Under the pieces are notes generated by a model. The model had not been told where the DNA came from. It did no database searches and saw nothing but the letters and a program-made list of their open reading frames with translations. DNA of 64,000 nt, taken from NCBI GenBank assembly GCA_010093745.1, contig MU005977.1, positions 1 through 64,000 on the forward strand, written 5' to 3'. The DNA comes from Piedraia hortae CBS 480.64. Lineage: Eukaryota. The position numbers and the translations under genes are program-made. Below are positions 24,199 through 35,954 of this stretch, piece after piece. The first letter of the stretch is position 1, and every line of letters starts with the position of its first letter.

Positions 24199-24978
24199 GC
24201 CTCACCAGTCCTCCACCACTAAATGAGCTCATCCGATGCCGTCTTGACAACATAAAACAAACTCCACATGGTAATACTATCCGATGACGCACCGTCATTT
24301 TAGGGACATATCCCAGGCTGGGAATTCCGAGTGCCTGGACTAGACAGCGCATTATGCTCACGTAGATACTTGACGTGAGATTTGGTATACAGGCTCTTCA
24401 CACCGGTCTGATCTTGCAGGTAATGCAAATTGGCTTTGTTAAGAGCATTTTCCGAGCTTGCAATGTGAAAATGTATTAGACGCAAACGATAGGGGTTTTC
24501 TGCCTATGGGTTCCGTGGTGGGATGGAGATTAGAGGTAGTGGAAGAACAGACCCGTTCATGCAGGGGACAATCTCTTCGGAAGAGGTGCTGGATATTGTT
24601 CCCTCTTGGCATCTGCGCCATGGCCATAGATGAGGAGTAAATTCGTTTTACTGAACGTTGGGTCTTAATATAGTATCGACGTTGTGAAATCATATTATAT
24701 CTATATCATTCGCGTTGATGCTCACGAATATCCATTTCCAGCGCCCGAGAGGCTTTTTAGTTGTGGGAAATTATCATTCTTTCTTTAAGTGCAAGAAAAA
24801 CACTATTTCGGATAAATCATATGCATATCAGTCACACCCATTCACAGTATCAGAACACAACACTTCTCACCCTCCCCAGTTCCCCCCTGATGTACACCAC
24901 AGTGACCATCTCACTAAACCCCTATAAAAACCTCTTCTCTCCTCCCCTCTCCCCAATCCAAACCAAATCAATTCAAAA

Positions 24979-25194
24979 ATGTGTGAACGACTTCCGCTAA
25001 TCTTCAGCGTCTGCTGCGAGCAGGTTGCTCGTCACGACATCATTAAATGCAAGGCCGCGAAGGAGGGCGAAAAGTCCTGTAAGGAATTTGAGATGAAGAA
25101 GTTGAACGCAAAGCAAGGCCGGGGAGCATGTTGGCACCGCGAGAGTAAGATTCTTAAGGATGGTGATCGTGGTATGGAGATTAGTCTAGTGTAG
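24979..25194 (+). CDS. Small Cys-containing protein (71 aa), function unknown
   Basis: TATAAAA at ~24923, a CT-rich leader, and a CAAAAATG start context. MC..CC..C..C..C spacing. Confidence 0.45.
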   Translation: MCERLPLIFSVCCEQVARHDIIKCKAAKEGEKSCKEFEMKKLNAKQGRGACWHRESKILKDGDRGMEISLV

Positions 25195-25667
25195 AGGATA
25201 CACGTTTACTAAGACTGTTTAAGGTTTTCAAAGGACATACCACCATCTCGACCCGTTTCCACACCAGCCAGCGAACCCCAATCGTGTGCGGTTTTCCTCC
25301 TTCGAATCTAGGGGCGCTCCCAGGACTATGAACAGCGGCCTATAACAAGCAATGCTATCTCAAAGAAGCAGTGCTGTCTCATATCCCGAGACAACCTGTC
25401 GAACAAAAGACCCATCTTGTATCCTCTCAGCAACTTCCCGTATCCTCCAACAAATTCTGCTGCAGCTCAAACACCCTCATGTACCCCCATACCCCCGTTG
25501 CCTCAACACCAGGTCCTTGTTCCCTCGACGAAGGGCCCATTCCCGCAGTTGCAATGACACCGTCTCCAACAGATACTCAACTGTGTGTACATCGCATAAA
25601 GTTAGTTTTGATGGACAAGCTTTTCGCCCCCCTCGCAAGAATTTCGACCGAAATTGGGGTTCGAATA

Positions 25668-26029
25668 TGTCGAGATTTGGCTCTCGTGGGTGAGAGTGCA
25701 CAGCGACCCGAAGAGGACGGAGCGATAGACGGAATCAGGGACAGGAAATATGTAGATGTATGTGAGTCAAATACCAGTTGCAGTATGGTAGTGTGAAATC
25801 ACTATTGTTTTAATGAGGGGACGGTCAGAATGAAAATTCTGTACCGGTGGGCCGGTGACGTCACGTCGTACACTAGCGGGGCGTATTCACCATGTCACAT
25901 ATGACATGACCCCGAGGGAAAACCTCTGTGGGGGAAAAACCTAGGGTGCAGCTGGTAGTGTAGGAGGTATCGCTGACTTGCTATGCAAGTGCCCTGCATA
26001 CGCGCTAGCGGCGATGCTTGAATCCAACA
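25668..26029 (-). mobile_element. Solo LTR, family A
   Basis: TG...CA ends. TSD GAATA at 25663-25667 and 26030-26034. Confidence 0.92.
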
Positions 26030-26274
26030 GAATACTTTTGCATCGCAGATGTACAACGCCGTCGTCGCTAGCGTTCACCCATCATGCCGGTTCAGATTGG
26101 TAAATTTCTCGTTTTCACTGCCCCACGTTCAGTTTGGTGTAAGCAGTAATTTGTACGCAGAAGTGTTGTAAGCTCTGGTGCCTGTTCTCTCTTTATCTCA
26201 ATAGTTCAAAAGTGTAACAATTTTTGCACCATTGGGGAGAGCTTGGCCCCGCCTTGATCCAGGGACGGGTCCCT

Positions 26275-26534
26275 TATCGGAAGGAGGGAGGGATCTACTC
26301 ACATCACCTTAACATCGTTGAATGGTGACGCAGTCAACAGTTTGTGTGATACCTCACTATGGAATCCGTCTGAGGTCTAGAGAAGGCTTGCACCGCAAGA
26401 CTCTCTTCCCCACCCGAACCGCGTTCGCCGTGACAACGCCCTTTGACGTAACCACGCTCCTGGGGAAACATCCTCCATGAGGTAAAAGCCCTGGAGAGTC
26501 CGGTGCCCTATCTACCTAAGGCAGGCGTCTGACA
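26275..26534 (-). mobile_element. Solo LTR, family C
   Basis: TATCGGA...TCTGACA. TSD TCCCT at 26270-26274 and 26535-26539. Similar to 14347-14618. Confidence 0.88.
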
Positions 26535-27275
26535 TCCCTCTTCGCTCGTACGAACAGCCGATCGTGTGGACACCCCAGCTAGGGTCTCCCCTCCAGGTAG
26601 GAATGATCAGAGTGAAGTTGTCCGAATTACTTGTTCCAGATACTGATTCCAGCGGTTGCCCATCTTCTGCAAACGATAAAGCCGTACGTGTCCTTGTTCT
26701 ACCCCACGAGACCCGCAAGAATTCCACCGTCTGAAGAGATCTCGGGTGCGCAGTTTTCAATCACGCAAATTGGCTATCGCGTCATTATCTAGAGTCAAAG
26801 ATGGCGATCGTCAGGACCTCAGCCACCTTAATCATCCAACTGTATATACCTCCAGAACCAATGCCCCTTCAACAGAGATGGAAGATGTTTATCCCGGAAA
26901 AGTTTGTCAGTTGTGCATGTTTCGGATGCACGGCAGAGATGTTTGTGCAATGATTCGAGTATCCGTGGCGGCTGTAGATGGAAGCATTGCTTCCTTGATG
27001 CTATACCTACTATCATACAACAACGCCATGTCTTTCTAACCCTCAAACCCAATCAGTTCAACACACCCACAACATGCGGAAACCAGCCTTTACTGCATCC
27101 TCTGCGCATCAGAACCTACGAGCTTCTCAAACACGGACCCCCCAAAAACCGCCAGAAAACCCCAAACAAATAACCCACAGTAAAGCTGTTGGCAGAGCGA
27201 AGGAAATCCTCAAGAACAACCCACCCTTCCATGCACGAGTTCGAAATTATCCTCTCCCCAATACACCTTGATTCC

Positions 27276-27749
27276 TCAAACAACAAACCACCTCCCCTCC
27301 CTCTTTTCCGCAGTATGAAGCGGATCCCATCCCATCTCTGGGGGTCCCTCCATCATCCTCAGCGACCCCACTTCCCTCCCCGGGGCCCTCTCCTTCGACC
27401 CCTGAACAACCAACCTCCTAACCCCCCGTCCCCTCCATCTCTCCCCCTTTAACTCAGTTTGAATTTCATTTGTTTGGAGGGTAATCGCTCCCGGTTCAGC
27501 TATCAACGCCCCCAACGGCTCTACATGAGTTGTATCAACCCCCCTAACCGCCTCTACGAATGCAATCTGCCTGGCCAGCGACTCACGTAATCGTTCTCTT
27601 TCATCTTCAGATGACGGAACCGGCAAGGAAGAAAGCTTGCATAGATGCGTCAGCGCATCTTGGGAAATCGGCGGATGGGTCGTGAGGAGGAAGGTAAGAG
27701 ACCATGTTTTCTCCTTGGCGAGATGGGTCAGGAGGCGGAGGAGAGACAT
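27276..27749 (-). CDS. Mitochondrial Glu-tRNA(Gln) amidotransferase small subunit (GatC/GatF-like)
   Basis: Basic N-terminus followed by LTHLCKLSSLPVP..LARQIAFVEAVRGVDTTHVEPL..REGRWFVV. Confidence 0.75.
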   Translation of the reverse strand: MSLLRLLTHLAKEKTWSLTFLLTTHPPISQDALTHLCKLSSLPVPSSEDERERLRESLARQIAFVEAVRGVDTTHVEPLGALIAEPGAITLQTNEIQTELKGERWRGRGVRRLVVQGSKERAPGREVGSLRMMEGPPEMGWDPLHTAEKREGRWFVV

Positions 27750-27810
27750 TTGTCTAATCTACTGAGGTGAGGTCTCTCTCCTCGCCCCGATTAGTTGGTT
27801 AGTTGACACG

Positions 27811-27842
27811 TGATGTGATGTGATGTGATGTGATGTGATGTG
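27811..27842. repeat. (TGATG)6 microsatellite in a ~140-bp divergent intergenic region
   Basis: Direct reading. Confidence 0.9.
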
Positions 27843-27889
27843 GCGTGATTCCCACCACCCCTCAAGACGTAAGGGTGGTTTTTGCGACA

Positions 27890-28165
27890 ATGTCCTACAG
27901 CAGGATAATCGGCTTCGTGCTGGCAACAATCTGCGGCGTTACGACCGCCGTAACAACTCTCCAACCCGAACTGAAAAGACGCGCTCTTGAGCGGGAGGAA
28001 TTTACTGCACATACCACGACGACGGCAGACGCTGAGACAGCTATTTCACGGGCTATTAGGGACGACATTTCTGCTGCCAAAGCGCAGATTCAAGATGATA
28101 CAAAGGGCGGGTTTGCGTGGGGGTGGAGAAGACTACTTGCAGGAAAGAAGGACGAGAAAAACTGA
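27890..28165 (+). CDS. Small single-TM protein (possibly PIGBOS1-like)
   Basis: MSYSRIIGFVLATICGVTTAVTTLQPELKRR: N-terminal hydrophobic helix then a charged tail. The family label is tentative. Confidence 0.6.
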   Translation: MSYSRIIGFVLATICGVTTAVTTLQPELKRRALEREEFTAHTTTTADAETAISRAIRDDISAAKAQIQDDTKGGFAWGWRRLLAGKKDEKN

Positions 28166-28200
28166 TGACTCCATACCGACGGAACAACTCCAGTGACTGT

Positions 28201-29169
28201 TTAAGAAAAGTCCTCGCCTCTTGACTCGATGATTTCCTTGATTCGCAAGAAAATTGTCGTCTTCCACTTATCCAGTTTGCTCATTTGGTCGAATTGGAAG
28301 AGTTTGTCGGAGAATTTTTCGTCGTCGCATTCGGTGAGGGAGTCTTTGATGTCGATTAGCAGCTGATACTCACGGGTTGAAGGGAATGAAGGGTCGAGAT
28401 CTCGATAGCTGCTAAGGGCTTTTTCTATGGCCACGTTGTCATCGGAGCAGAGGTGGCAGGCGCCGGCTTTGAGAAGATAGTCCTTTACGCTCCATTTCAT
28501 CAAGTTATTGTTAATGCTGGACTTGGCGATGCGTTCGTAAAGAGATGTGGCTTTGGCATAGTCGCCGTCAAGGGCGGCGAGGTCGGCGACCTTGAGGTAG
28601 AGCTTGTTGGCGAGACTGGATAATTAGCAGGTTCCAGACAGGTTGGGATGAAGCTTACGCCTCTGCGCCGTCTTCTTCAAACCAGCCAGCTGCCAGTTCG
28701 TAAGCGGCTGCAGCACGCTTCATATCCTCCAGGTCAATCTCGTACAGCTCAGCCACCGTCTGCTTATGGCCGGCGGCACGTCGGAAGTTTCCTTTGATGG
28801 TGTATTGATTGATGGCCTGTTCCAGACACCGTGCAGCTGACTCTGGGTCTTCCTTGCGGTAGCCTTTGAACGCCTCCACGAGCGTATTGGCGGCGTCATC
28901 GGGTTCGTTCAGCTGCGATTGCTGGATTTTAGCCGCCTTCTCCAGCGTCTGGCCTGCCATCCGTCCATCCTTTTGCAGACGAAATGCGTTTGCAGCCTGG
29001 GTGTAGAGCTCTACGGCATTCTCTAGTTTGTCTGTCTTGCTGCTGAAGAAGCTGAAGCCTCCAGAGGCAGATTGTGCCGCTTTGTCAGCCTGAAACAGTT
29101 AGATACAGCATTTAGACGCTGGGGATGACGACTCACTTGCTGCAGCAGCGCCCTGGGATCCTGCGACAT
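28201..29169 (-). CDS. SEC17: Alpha-SNAP vesicular fusion protein
   Basis: Exons 29169-29137, 29089-28659 and 28615-28201 (introns of 47 and 43 nt). MSQDPRALLQQ|ADKAAQSASGGFSFF, KGNFRRAA, MKWSVKDY, KLDKWKT, EDFS*. Confidence 0.96.
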
Positions 29170-29312
29170 GTTGGCGTTGAGAGCGAGGTGCGGTGGTGGT
29201 GACGTAACACATCGGCTCGTCTAACTTGCCTTTTACAGCACAACGCGCCTCCACGTGTGTTGCGACGCGTCGCGTCTGTAACAGAGATCCGGAAGGGGCA
29301 CGATGCGGACCA

Positions 29313-32300
29313 ATGAAATCGTGGAGAGTTAGAGGAGAGGTAGACGACTCTGAGGATGAGGATCTTGCATTGTCGTTAGAGGAGGAGAAGAACCAGCCGT
29401 CGGAGCAGGATATTGAATCAAATGAGGTTGTAAAGAGCCAGGATTTTGACAAGACTGAGCATGTGAGAGTATTACATGGGCTGGAACGGGTGGATGAGGA
29501 AGGACAGAAGGCTGAAAACGAAGAGCCAAACGTTCAGAACGAGGACGATCGGGCTGCCAATGGAGCAGAGAAACAAGTTGAAAGTGAAGACGCCCCGGTG
29601 CAGGCAACTGAGACACAGCCAATGGATCCAAGACCACAACGAAAACCAGTCATCACATATGGGCGAAAATCCAGGGCTAAAAAAGCCAAGCAGGTCAAGA
29701 AAGAGGTCGTTCAGACTGAACCAATATTGGAAGACGACAGATATCAGAAGCCTGAATCTGACTCCCCTCGGGCTGAAATCTCCGTACATAGCGTGCCATC
29801 CAGCAATCCAGATGATCTGCCCAATCTCAGCCAGTTGATCACCGATCCAGCCACTGTAGCCGTACCAGAGGTGACAGTCTCCAGCCCTCTGTCCTCCTTG
29901 CCCAGCGTTTTTGGAGCTCGATTGCCAGTCCAACCGGAGGGGGGGGATGACATTGCAACCGCAGTCTCTGTCCAGCTGCCAGCTGCTCCTGACACTGCCC
30001 GAGCACAGACTTCCCTCACCGACCTGAAACTGGCTCAGCAGTTGCAGTCAGAGGGTCCAGAATATGCAGGGAGGAGACTGCGTGAGCGGACAGAAAAGCA
30101 GCTGCATCCCTATGTTTATTACCGGCAGATATACCAAGAACAATGGCGTCAGCGTGGACTTCGACCTGTCAATTTTATTATCGAGGAGCCTGCGAAAGAG
30201 ACCCAAGACCAGCCATTCGACGAAGAAGCTGGCCAGTCTCCGAGTCAGAACAGCCAACAGTCTGGTTATTCAGATCTGGGAGATGAACTTCAGCTCTTGC
30301 AGAACAGACAGAGCTCAACTGGACAGGCCAGAACGAACCAGAATCATGGCCCAAGACAGCCAACCGCCCGCGAATCTTGGGCACTACAGCTTGGCAGGAA
30401 AAAAAGAAAGGTGTCCGGTCCGGGTCGTCTGAAAAGTGCAACCACTCGACGGAGTCCAAATGGTCCTCCACAGGCTCATCGGAGTAATCTTTCCAATGCC
30501 GTATCTCACGGAGCGCAGGAGATTGCCAACGAACTCCCTGACGACCCTGCACCTTTTGAAGAATTTCCCCGGCCCATGTCCCCACCATTGACCTGCAGTA
30601 TCCCTGGGAGAATTGCACCTGCCCGAGTGCTGCCAACAGGTTTCATCATACCAGCTGGAGGCAGTCCTCCCCCTCTCCCAACTCCAGGTGTATCCTCAAG
30701 CATCCGTCCCAGACGCAGTTCAGCAGAATCATCAGTCCTGGACTCGCCCTTACTCCAATTTCAAATAGACCAAGAGGGGCCAAAGCCAGAGGTGATTGAA
30801 CTGAATAGTGATCCAGTATCAGAGCACGAACTCGAGGCTGGAGATCAAATGCTGCAGCGAGAGCAGAAGCGTATCAAGTATGTTCTCCCAGCGTCGTGGC
30901 TTAAGATCGATTGTGAGGCCCAGAAGAGACGATTGGATCGTCTTTCGAATCTTCAAAGAAGGTCTCGGACATCTATGGGGCAGCAACAGAGAGGGGTGGC
31001 TAGAAAGGTGAGGAGGCCATCAGGTGCTCATCGTGGGACGAGCCCGCTTCCGGTGTTAGTGGATGATGGTCCCGTTTCGCCGACACCGTCCTCACCTCCT
31101 TTATCAAGTGTGTTCAGAGCGTCGCCTTCGATGGATCTGGGAACGCCGTTGGCTGTCAGGACGTCACCGCAGCGGGGGAGTCTGTCTTATTCTGCTCATC
31201 CGCGCGGAGCCATCAGCTCCGCTGGCAGAGGTGGTGTGGCAGCATCTGAATCTGTCTCCCCATCTAGCTGGAGAGCTCTTGTAGTTGACCGGGTCAGAAG
31301 TTTGAACACGGGCCAAAGAAGAGCTAGAAATGAAAACCTAGTCCAGCAGAGGGTCAGGAATGACCAAAAGAAACCCGCAAAGCCAAGACAGCGCGCACCA
31401 GACTCCCTTGCGGTGAGACCGAAGAAGAAAGGAGGATCCACTGCCCACCGTCAAACTCGCCTAAACTTCGAACCACGACCAGCAGAAGCAGAAGTTGCTC
31501 CAAGTAGTAGGGCTGCCCAATCTAAGCGGTCTCGCTATCGAGTTGAGCCTCCACCGCTCCGCGTTCGCAACGCACAACTGGAGACATCGGAGCAAGCCTT
31601 CAACAGAGACCATCGCACTGCTGCGTTCAGAAGACGAATCAACACCCTGACCGAAACCGTAGCTCGTCCCAGCCGTCGTCATGATCTGCCGCTTGAGCGT
31701 TTCCTCGATGAAGATGCCGCAGACCCTCTTCCACACTCCCCTGATAGTGGCGGGACGCCCGCCCCAACGAACTTCCCCTCGTCCAGTCCAGCAATGGACA
31801 TTGGATCGCTGGAACATCCAGTAGAACTCGACAACGGGATCTCCACAACAGCCCCAACACTTCAAGGCCTTTATCCCTTCAACACCCCCTACGCGACCGA
31901 CTTTGGCATCCATCCCCTACCCATGGGCACAAAATTCCCCCCCGACACTTTCCTCGGAAGCGGTGACTTTGCCGCAGCCCTGCAACTCACCGAGCGGGAC
32001 ATGCGTGTCGTTGGCGGAAAAATGAATGTCTGCATTGGAAACGCTACGCTCGAATGGGGCGCGTGGACCGAAGACGTAGCTGCTGCTAATGCACGAATCC
32101 CTGGTGGGATTTTCGAGGCGTTTTCTACTTTGCTGTCTCATGATCAGGGGAGTACGTTTGAAGAGCAAAAGAGACTGGTTGCAGAGAATGTGGAGTATAT
32201 GCTCCGCTCGGTGATACGGTATTGCTCAAAGTGTATGGCTTTTCTCGATACTGTTGACAGAAGGTCCGCGGTGCTGTCTCTGCAGCGGTTAATCGAGGAT

Positions 32301-35198
32301 ACTGCTGAACATGTTGCAAGTTTTGAGCTTGATGGGGGGTTGAGGACGAAGTGTTGGGAGTATCTGCTCGTGCTTGCTACGCAGACAAGACTGTTGTCTA
32401 ATGATGATGTTGTGCCGGTGGAGATGCAAAGGAAGAGTAAGGAGTTGAGGGGCATGACTGAGGCTGAATTGGCAAAGGCAATAGTGCCGCAGTGTTTTGC
32501 ACATTTGCGCTCGCTTCAGAGTGGGGGTTTTGATGCGAGTGTGTCTGCTTTGGTCGTTCTTTATCACTGTCTGGAAGACAGCGGTTCCTTCTGGGATGTA
32601 CTGGCCGGAGCGATGAGCATCAATGTTGACAACACATACTCCATTGCAACTCTAGACTTTCACTGGCGCAACATCTTCACCCTCCTCCCTGTACTGGAAT
32701 TCGACGCCCAAGGACAAGTCCGCGTCGGGAGCAGATTCTCCTCGCTGCAGCAAGGCTGGTCATTAATCACCCCTCTCCTTGCACGGGTATTCCAACTCTA
32801 CCCACCCACAAGCTCTCTACCCGGCAACACAGTAAACGACTACATCCGCGCCGTGTTTGCCAGATGTGCCCATCTCCAAACGCAATGGGGCTGGTGCAAA
32901 ACCGAAGGAGTCCTACCTCTCATCTTCGACTTCTACGCCCACCGCTTCCTTTCCCCCTTAAACCACGAAGAATCACCCACCTCCCCACCCTTCCTCTCTG
33001 AAATCGAATCAAACCCCCCACTCGACGTCCGACCTGAAGACCGCTCCTTCCACATCTTCCTCAAAATGCTCGCCACCTCTTTACACGCAATGCGAAAATA
33101 CTCCATCTTCACCGAAAAAAAAATCCTCTCCAAAGCATGGCGGTATATGCCCATGTGGGAGGTAAAACCAGGCAATACTTCCGCTCTGCGGAACCACCAT
33201 GACTTGCTCTCAACCCTCTACGTCGCCTCCCCGTCAGGCCATCGGCCGAGATTCAACCTCTTCCAGAAACTCGTCGACTTCTCGACCGCCTCGAGGGAGG
33301 ACTGTAGGATAAGCCTCCGCGCGTGGGCGACTGTGACGTCTTTCCAAGCCTCGAGGGATGAAGGCTGCGAAGCCCTGGTACAATTCGCCGATGCGTTTCG
33401 CGATAGTGTAACTACAACTGTGACTCGCTACCGCGCAGCGAGGGATGATGAGGGCAAGAGACAAGTCGCGAGTATACTCCTCGACGCGATGATATCCATG
33501 AAACGAACCATCAGAGCATGTCGCACTAGCGAAGCTGTTATCCTCCTCTTATCAAACACAAACCTCTGGTCGCCGTTCACACCATTTGACGCCACAGAGC
33601 GGAAACTGCATAGTGTCCTCGAAACAGCCCTCGACGTGGTCTCTACCGCGCTAGCCACCCAACCGGCTGCGCCGGTGCATCAAGAAAGCGAGGAGAGCCA
33701 GGATTACGGCGATATCGCCGTCGTTGAAGAGCTAGCCGCGATGCAACTTGCCAACAACCACCTTAGCACTAACATTGCCACGCACATCCACGACCCAATC
33801 AACAAACTTTTACTAAACGTCTTCGGCGCGGAAGAGCCAGTTCCGGAATATATCCTCTCGACGCTAGTCACGCTCTGGGTCCAAATTGCGCGAAGCGGAC
33901 ATAAACCAATGGAAACGTACCTCGATAATTACAGTTCGCACTCGTGGCTCCAGCTACGTGATACGGAGCAGAAAAGAAAATTCACACCGCTCTTCGTGGC
34001 AAGGGTGGTGGACTCCCTCCCCTCTATTCCCGAGGGAGTCATCTCTATATGGCTGACATCCCTCGTCGAGCGCGAGGCGAAGCTGAAGTTTCAACATGTT
34101 CTGACTACATCCCTCCTAACCCATCCTAAATCTTGGACGGAGACGATCCTACATAACCTTCCCTTCACGGGGAGAAGCGTCACACTTTCGGAACTGCGGC
34201 AGAGACGGATCCCCCTTCTAGGTGCGGTCTTACAGAATATCGCTGCATTAACTCAGCGGAGCATGTCTCCTCCTCTCCGCGCAATGCAGAATGCTATGAA
34301 GAATAACTTCCTCTCCCTCGCTCCTAATCCCCAAGGGGGGAGTAGATATATCCCCTTCTTACACCAAATTATTGCGCTGCTGAGGGAGAATCATCTCACT
34401 GTTGACCCCTTCTTTCTCGATCCGGGGTGTTTTCCGCTTCCGGAGGAGGATCCGGGGTTTGTGACTTCAAGACTTAGGGGGTATGCCAACAGGATTGGCA
34501 ATTTTAGTGTGAAGAAGCAATTTGCGGTTTTTGTCAGGACGGTTGTTACGAGGGAGGTTGTGGAACAGGAGGCATGCTGCGCGGGGCAGGTTGCTGCTGC
34601 ATTGCGGGGAGAAAGGATGGAGGGTGTGAGGGGTGTTTTTTGGGGGGTTGTGACTGCGTATGTGGAGGTGGAGGAGGTGGGTGTGCTGCGGAATAAGGTG
34701 ATGCAGGCTGCGGCAAAAGTGATGGGGGGGTTGAGGTATGAGGATTATTGGAATTGGGAGGGCATTTTTGGTGCTCTCAGGTGTTTGGGCGGGAGGGAGG
34801 TGAGCACTGGTGGCTGGGAATTTGCGGCTGCCTCGCTTACGCTTGTTGAGTTTTTGAGGAGGGCGAGGGGGGTGTTTGATGACAGAGTTTGGGGGGTTTT
34901 GTTTCGTTTGAGGGGCTTGGCTGAGGGAAGAGTGATGTCGCAGATGGAGGTTGGTGAAGAGGAGAGTGAGTTCAAGGCTTTTGTGAAAAAGGAGTTGATT
35001 ACTGCGATCAAAGAGGATTGGATTGTTGTAAATGGGAAGACGAAGGTTAGGTTGGGGAGGGTATGGAGAGATGTGCCTCCTGAAAATGAAGAGGAGAAGG
35101 AGAGGGCGAAAGGGAGATATATTGCTACGTATGATAGGATTGTGAAGGGGAAGAGTGGGAGGAAGGGGGCTGGGGTGTTGATGGGTGGGCTGGTTTAG
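29313..35198 (+). CDS. MMS22: Mms22/Mus7 family replication-stress repair protein
   Basis: Intronless ~1960-aa ORF. MKSWRVRGEVDDSEDED, RLRERTEKQLHPY, KRIKYVLPASWLKID, IFDFYA..LNHEE..PFL, FHIFLKML, LRNHHDLLSTLY, SLVEREAKLKFQH. Confidence 0.85.
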   Translation: MKSWRVRGEVDDSEDEDLALSLEEEKNQPSEQDIESNEVVKSQDFDKTEHVRVLHGLERVDEEGQKAENEEPNVQNEDDRAANGAEKQVESEDAPVQATETQPMDPRPQRKPVITYGRKSRAKKAKQVKKEVVQTEPILEDDRYQKPESDSPRAEISVHSVPSSNPDDLPNLSQLITDPATVAVPEVTVSSPLSSLPSVFGARLPVQPEGGDDIATAVSVQLPAAPDTARAQTSLTDLKLAQQLQSEGPEYAGRRLRERTEKQLHPYVYYRQIYQEQWRQRGLRPVNFIIEEPAKETQDQPFDEEAGQSPSQNSQQSGYSDLGDELQLLQNRQSSTGQARTNQNHGPRQPTARESWALQLGRKKRKVSGPGRLKSATTRRSPNGPPQAHRSNLSNAVSHGAQEIANELPDDPAPFEEFPRPMSPPLTCSIPGRIAPARVLPTGFIIPAGGSPPPLPTPGVSSSIRPRRSSAESSVLDSPLLQFQIDQEGPKPEVIELNSDPVSEHELEAGDQMLQREQKRIKYVLPASWLKIDCEAQKRRLDRLSNLQRRSRTSMGQQQRGVARKVRRPSGAHRGTSPLPVLVDDGPVSPTPSSPPLSSVFRASPSMDLGTPLAVRTSPQRGSLSYSAHPRGAISSAGRGGVAASESVSPSSWRALVVDRVRSLNTGQRRARNENLVQQRVRNDQKKPAKPRQRAPDSLAVRPKKKGGSTAHRQTRLNFEPRPAEAEVAPSSRAAQSKRSRYRVEPPPLRVRNAQLETSEQAFNRDHRTAAFRRRINTLTETVARPSRRHDLPLERFLDEDAADPLPHSPDSGGTPAPTNFPSSSPAMDIGSLEHPVELDNGISTTAPTLQGLYPFNTPYATDFGIHPLPMGTKFPPDTFLGSGDFAAALQLTERDMRVVGGKMNVCIGNATLEWGAWTEDVAAANARIPGGIFEAFSTLLSHDQGSTFEEQKRLVAENVEYMLRSVIRYCSKCMAFLDTVDRRSAVLSLQRLIEDTAEHVASFELDGGLRTKCWEYLLVLATQTRLLSNDDVVPVEMQRKSKELRGMTEAELAKAIVPQCFAHLRSLQSGGFDASVSALVVLYHCLEDSGSFWDVLAGAMSINVDNTYSIATLDFHWRNIFTLLPVLEFDAQGQVRVGSRFSSLQQGWSLITPLLARVFQLYPPTSSLPGNTVNDYIRAVFARCAHLQTQWGWCKTEGVLPLIFDFYAHRFLSPLNHEESPTSPPFLSEIESNPPLDVRPEDRSFHIFLKMLATSLHAMRKYSIFTEKKILSKAWRYMPMWEVKPGNTSALRNHHDLLSTLYVASPSGHRPRFNLFQKLVDFSTASREDCRISLRAWATVTSFQASRDEGCEALVQFADAFRDSVTTTVTRYRAARDDEGKRQVASILLDAMISMKRTIRACRTSEAVILLLSNTNLWSPFTPFDATERKLHSVLETALDVVSTALATQPAAPVHQESEESQDYGDIAVVEELAAMQLANNHLSTNIATHIHDPINKLLLNVFGAEEPVPEYILSTLVTLWVQIARSGHKPMETYLDNYSSHSWLQLRDTEQKRKFTPLFVARVVDSLPSIPEGVISIWLTSLVEREAKLKFQHVLTTSLLTHPKSWTETILHNLPFTGRSVTLSELRQRRIPLLGAVLQNIAALTQRSMSPPLRAMQNAMKNNFLSLAPNPQGGSRYIPFLHQIIALLRENHLTVDPFFLDPGCFPLPEEDPGFVTSRLRGYANRIGNFSVKKQFAVFVRTVVTREVVEQEACCAGQVAAALRGERMEGVRGVFWGVVTAYVEVEEVGVLRNKVMQAAAKVMGGLRYEDYWNWEGIFGALRCLGGREVSTGGWEFAAASLTLVEFLRRARGVFDDRVWGVLFRLRGLAEGRVMSQMEVGEEESEFKAFVKKELITAIKEDWIVVNGKTKVRLGRVWRDVPPENEEEKERAKGRYIATYDRIVKGKSGRKGAGVLMGGLV

Positions 35199-35569
35199 GG
35201 AGTTTGGGAGAATTGGGACTGGCTTTGTTAGCGTGTAAGCAGTTGATCCATACATTTGCAGTGCGTAGCATATCTTGCCATTCAGAAGCATTGGGTTACG
35301 TGCAGTTTGACGGGAAGGGTTATGCAGAGGCTTGGCATCGAAGGAAAGGACGGTGCCCTAGACCGGCCAAACCAACAAACCGACACATCAGCGTTACCCC
35401 GCACTTTCGCACCACCCCAAACTCCCAACACACAGAACGCTAAACGACATGATAACGCATCATAAGCCTCGCGTTGCTGATTTGGAGGCATATCGCCGTG
35501 TTCAGCTGTTAGACTGGATGCTATTGCCCTACCGGCTCAAGTCTCTAGTTGGAGTTGCGGCACACAAAA

Positions 35570-35954
35570 TGTTGAACTCAAGCATCGCCGCTAGCGCGTA
35601 TGCGGGGCACTTGCATAGCAAGTCAGCGATACCTCCTACACTACCAGCTGCACCCTAGGTTTGTCCCTCTCAGAGGTTTTCCCTCAGGGTCATGTCATAT
35701 ATGACAGGTGAATGCGCCCTGCTAGTGTACGACGTGACGTCACCTGCCCACCGGTACAGAATTTTCATTCTGACATCCCCTCATAGAAATAGATAGTCAT
35801 TCACACTGTCATATCGACACTGGTATCGACTCATATACATCTACATCTATCCTGTCCCTAATTCCGTCTATCGCTCCGTCCTCTACGGGTCGCTGCGCAC
35901 TTTCACCCACGGGAGCCTAAATCTCTACAACCCACGGGAGCTAAAATCTCTACA
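35570..35954 (+). mobile_element. Solo LTR, family A, with a tandem duplication of its last ~25 bp
   Basis: Starts TGTTGAAC. Ends ..ATCTCTACA twice (35929 and 35954). TSD CAAAA/CAAGA. Confidence 0.9.

Noticed and set aside
25479..26103. Possible small gene interrupted by the LTR at 25668
   Set aside because: The frame rejoins after removing the LTR, but there is no homology or motif support.
34467..35291. 274-aa antisense ORF over the MMS22 3' end
   Set aside because: Pro/Leu/His-rich shadow of the G/T-rich sense strand.
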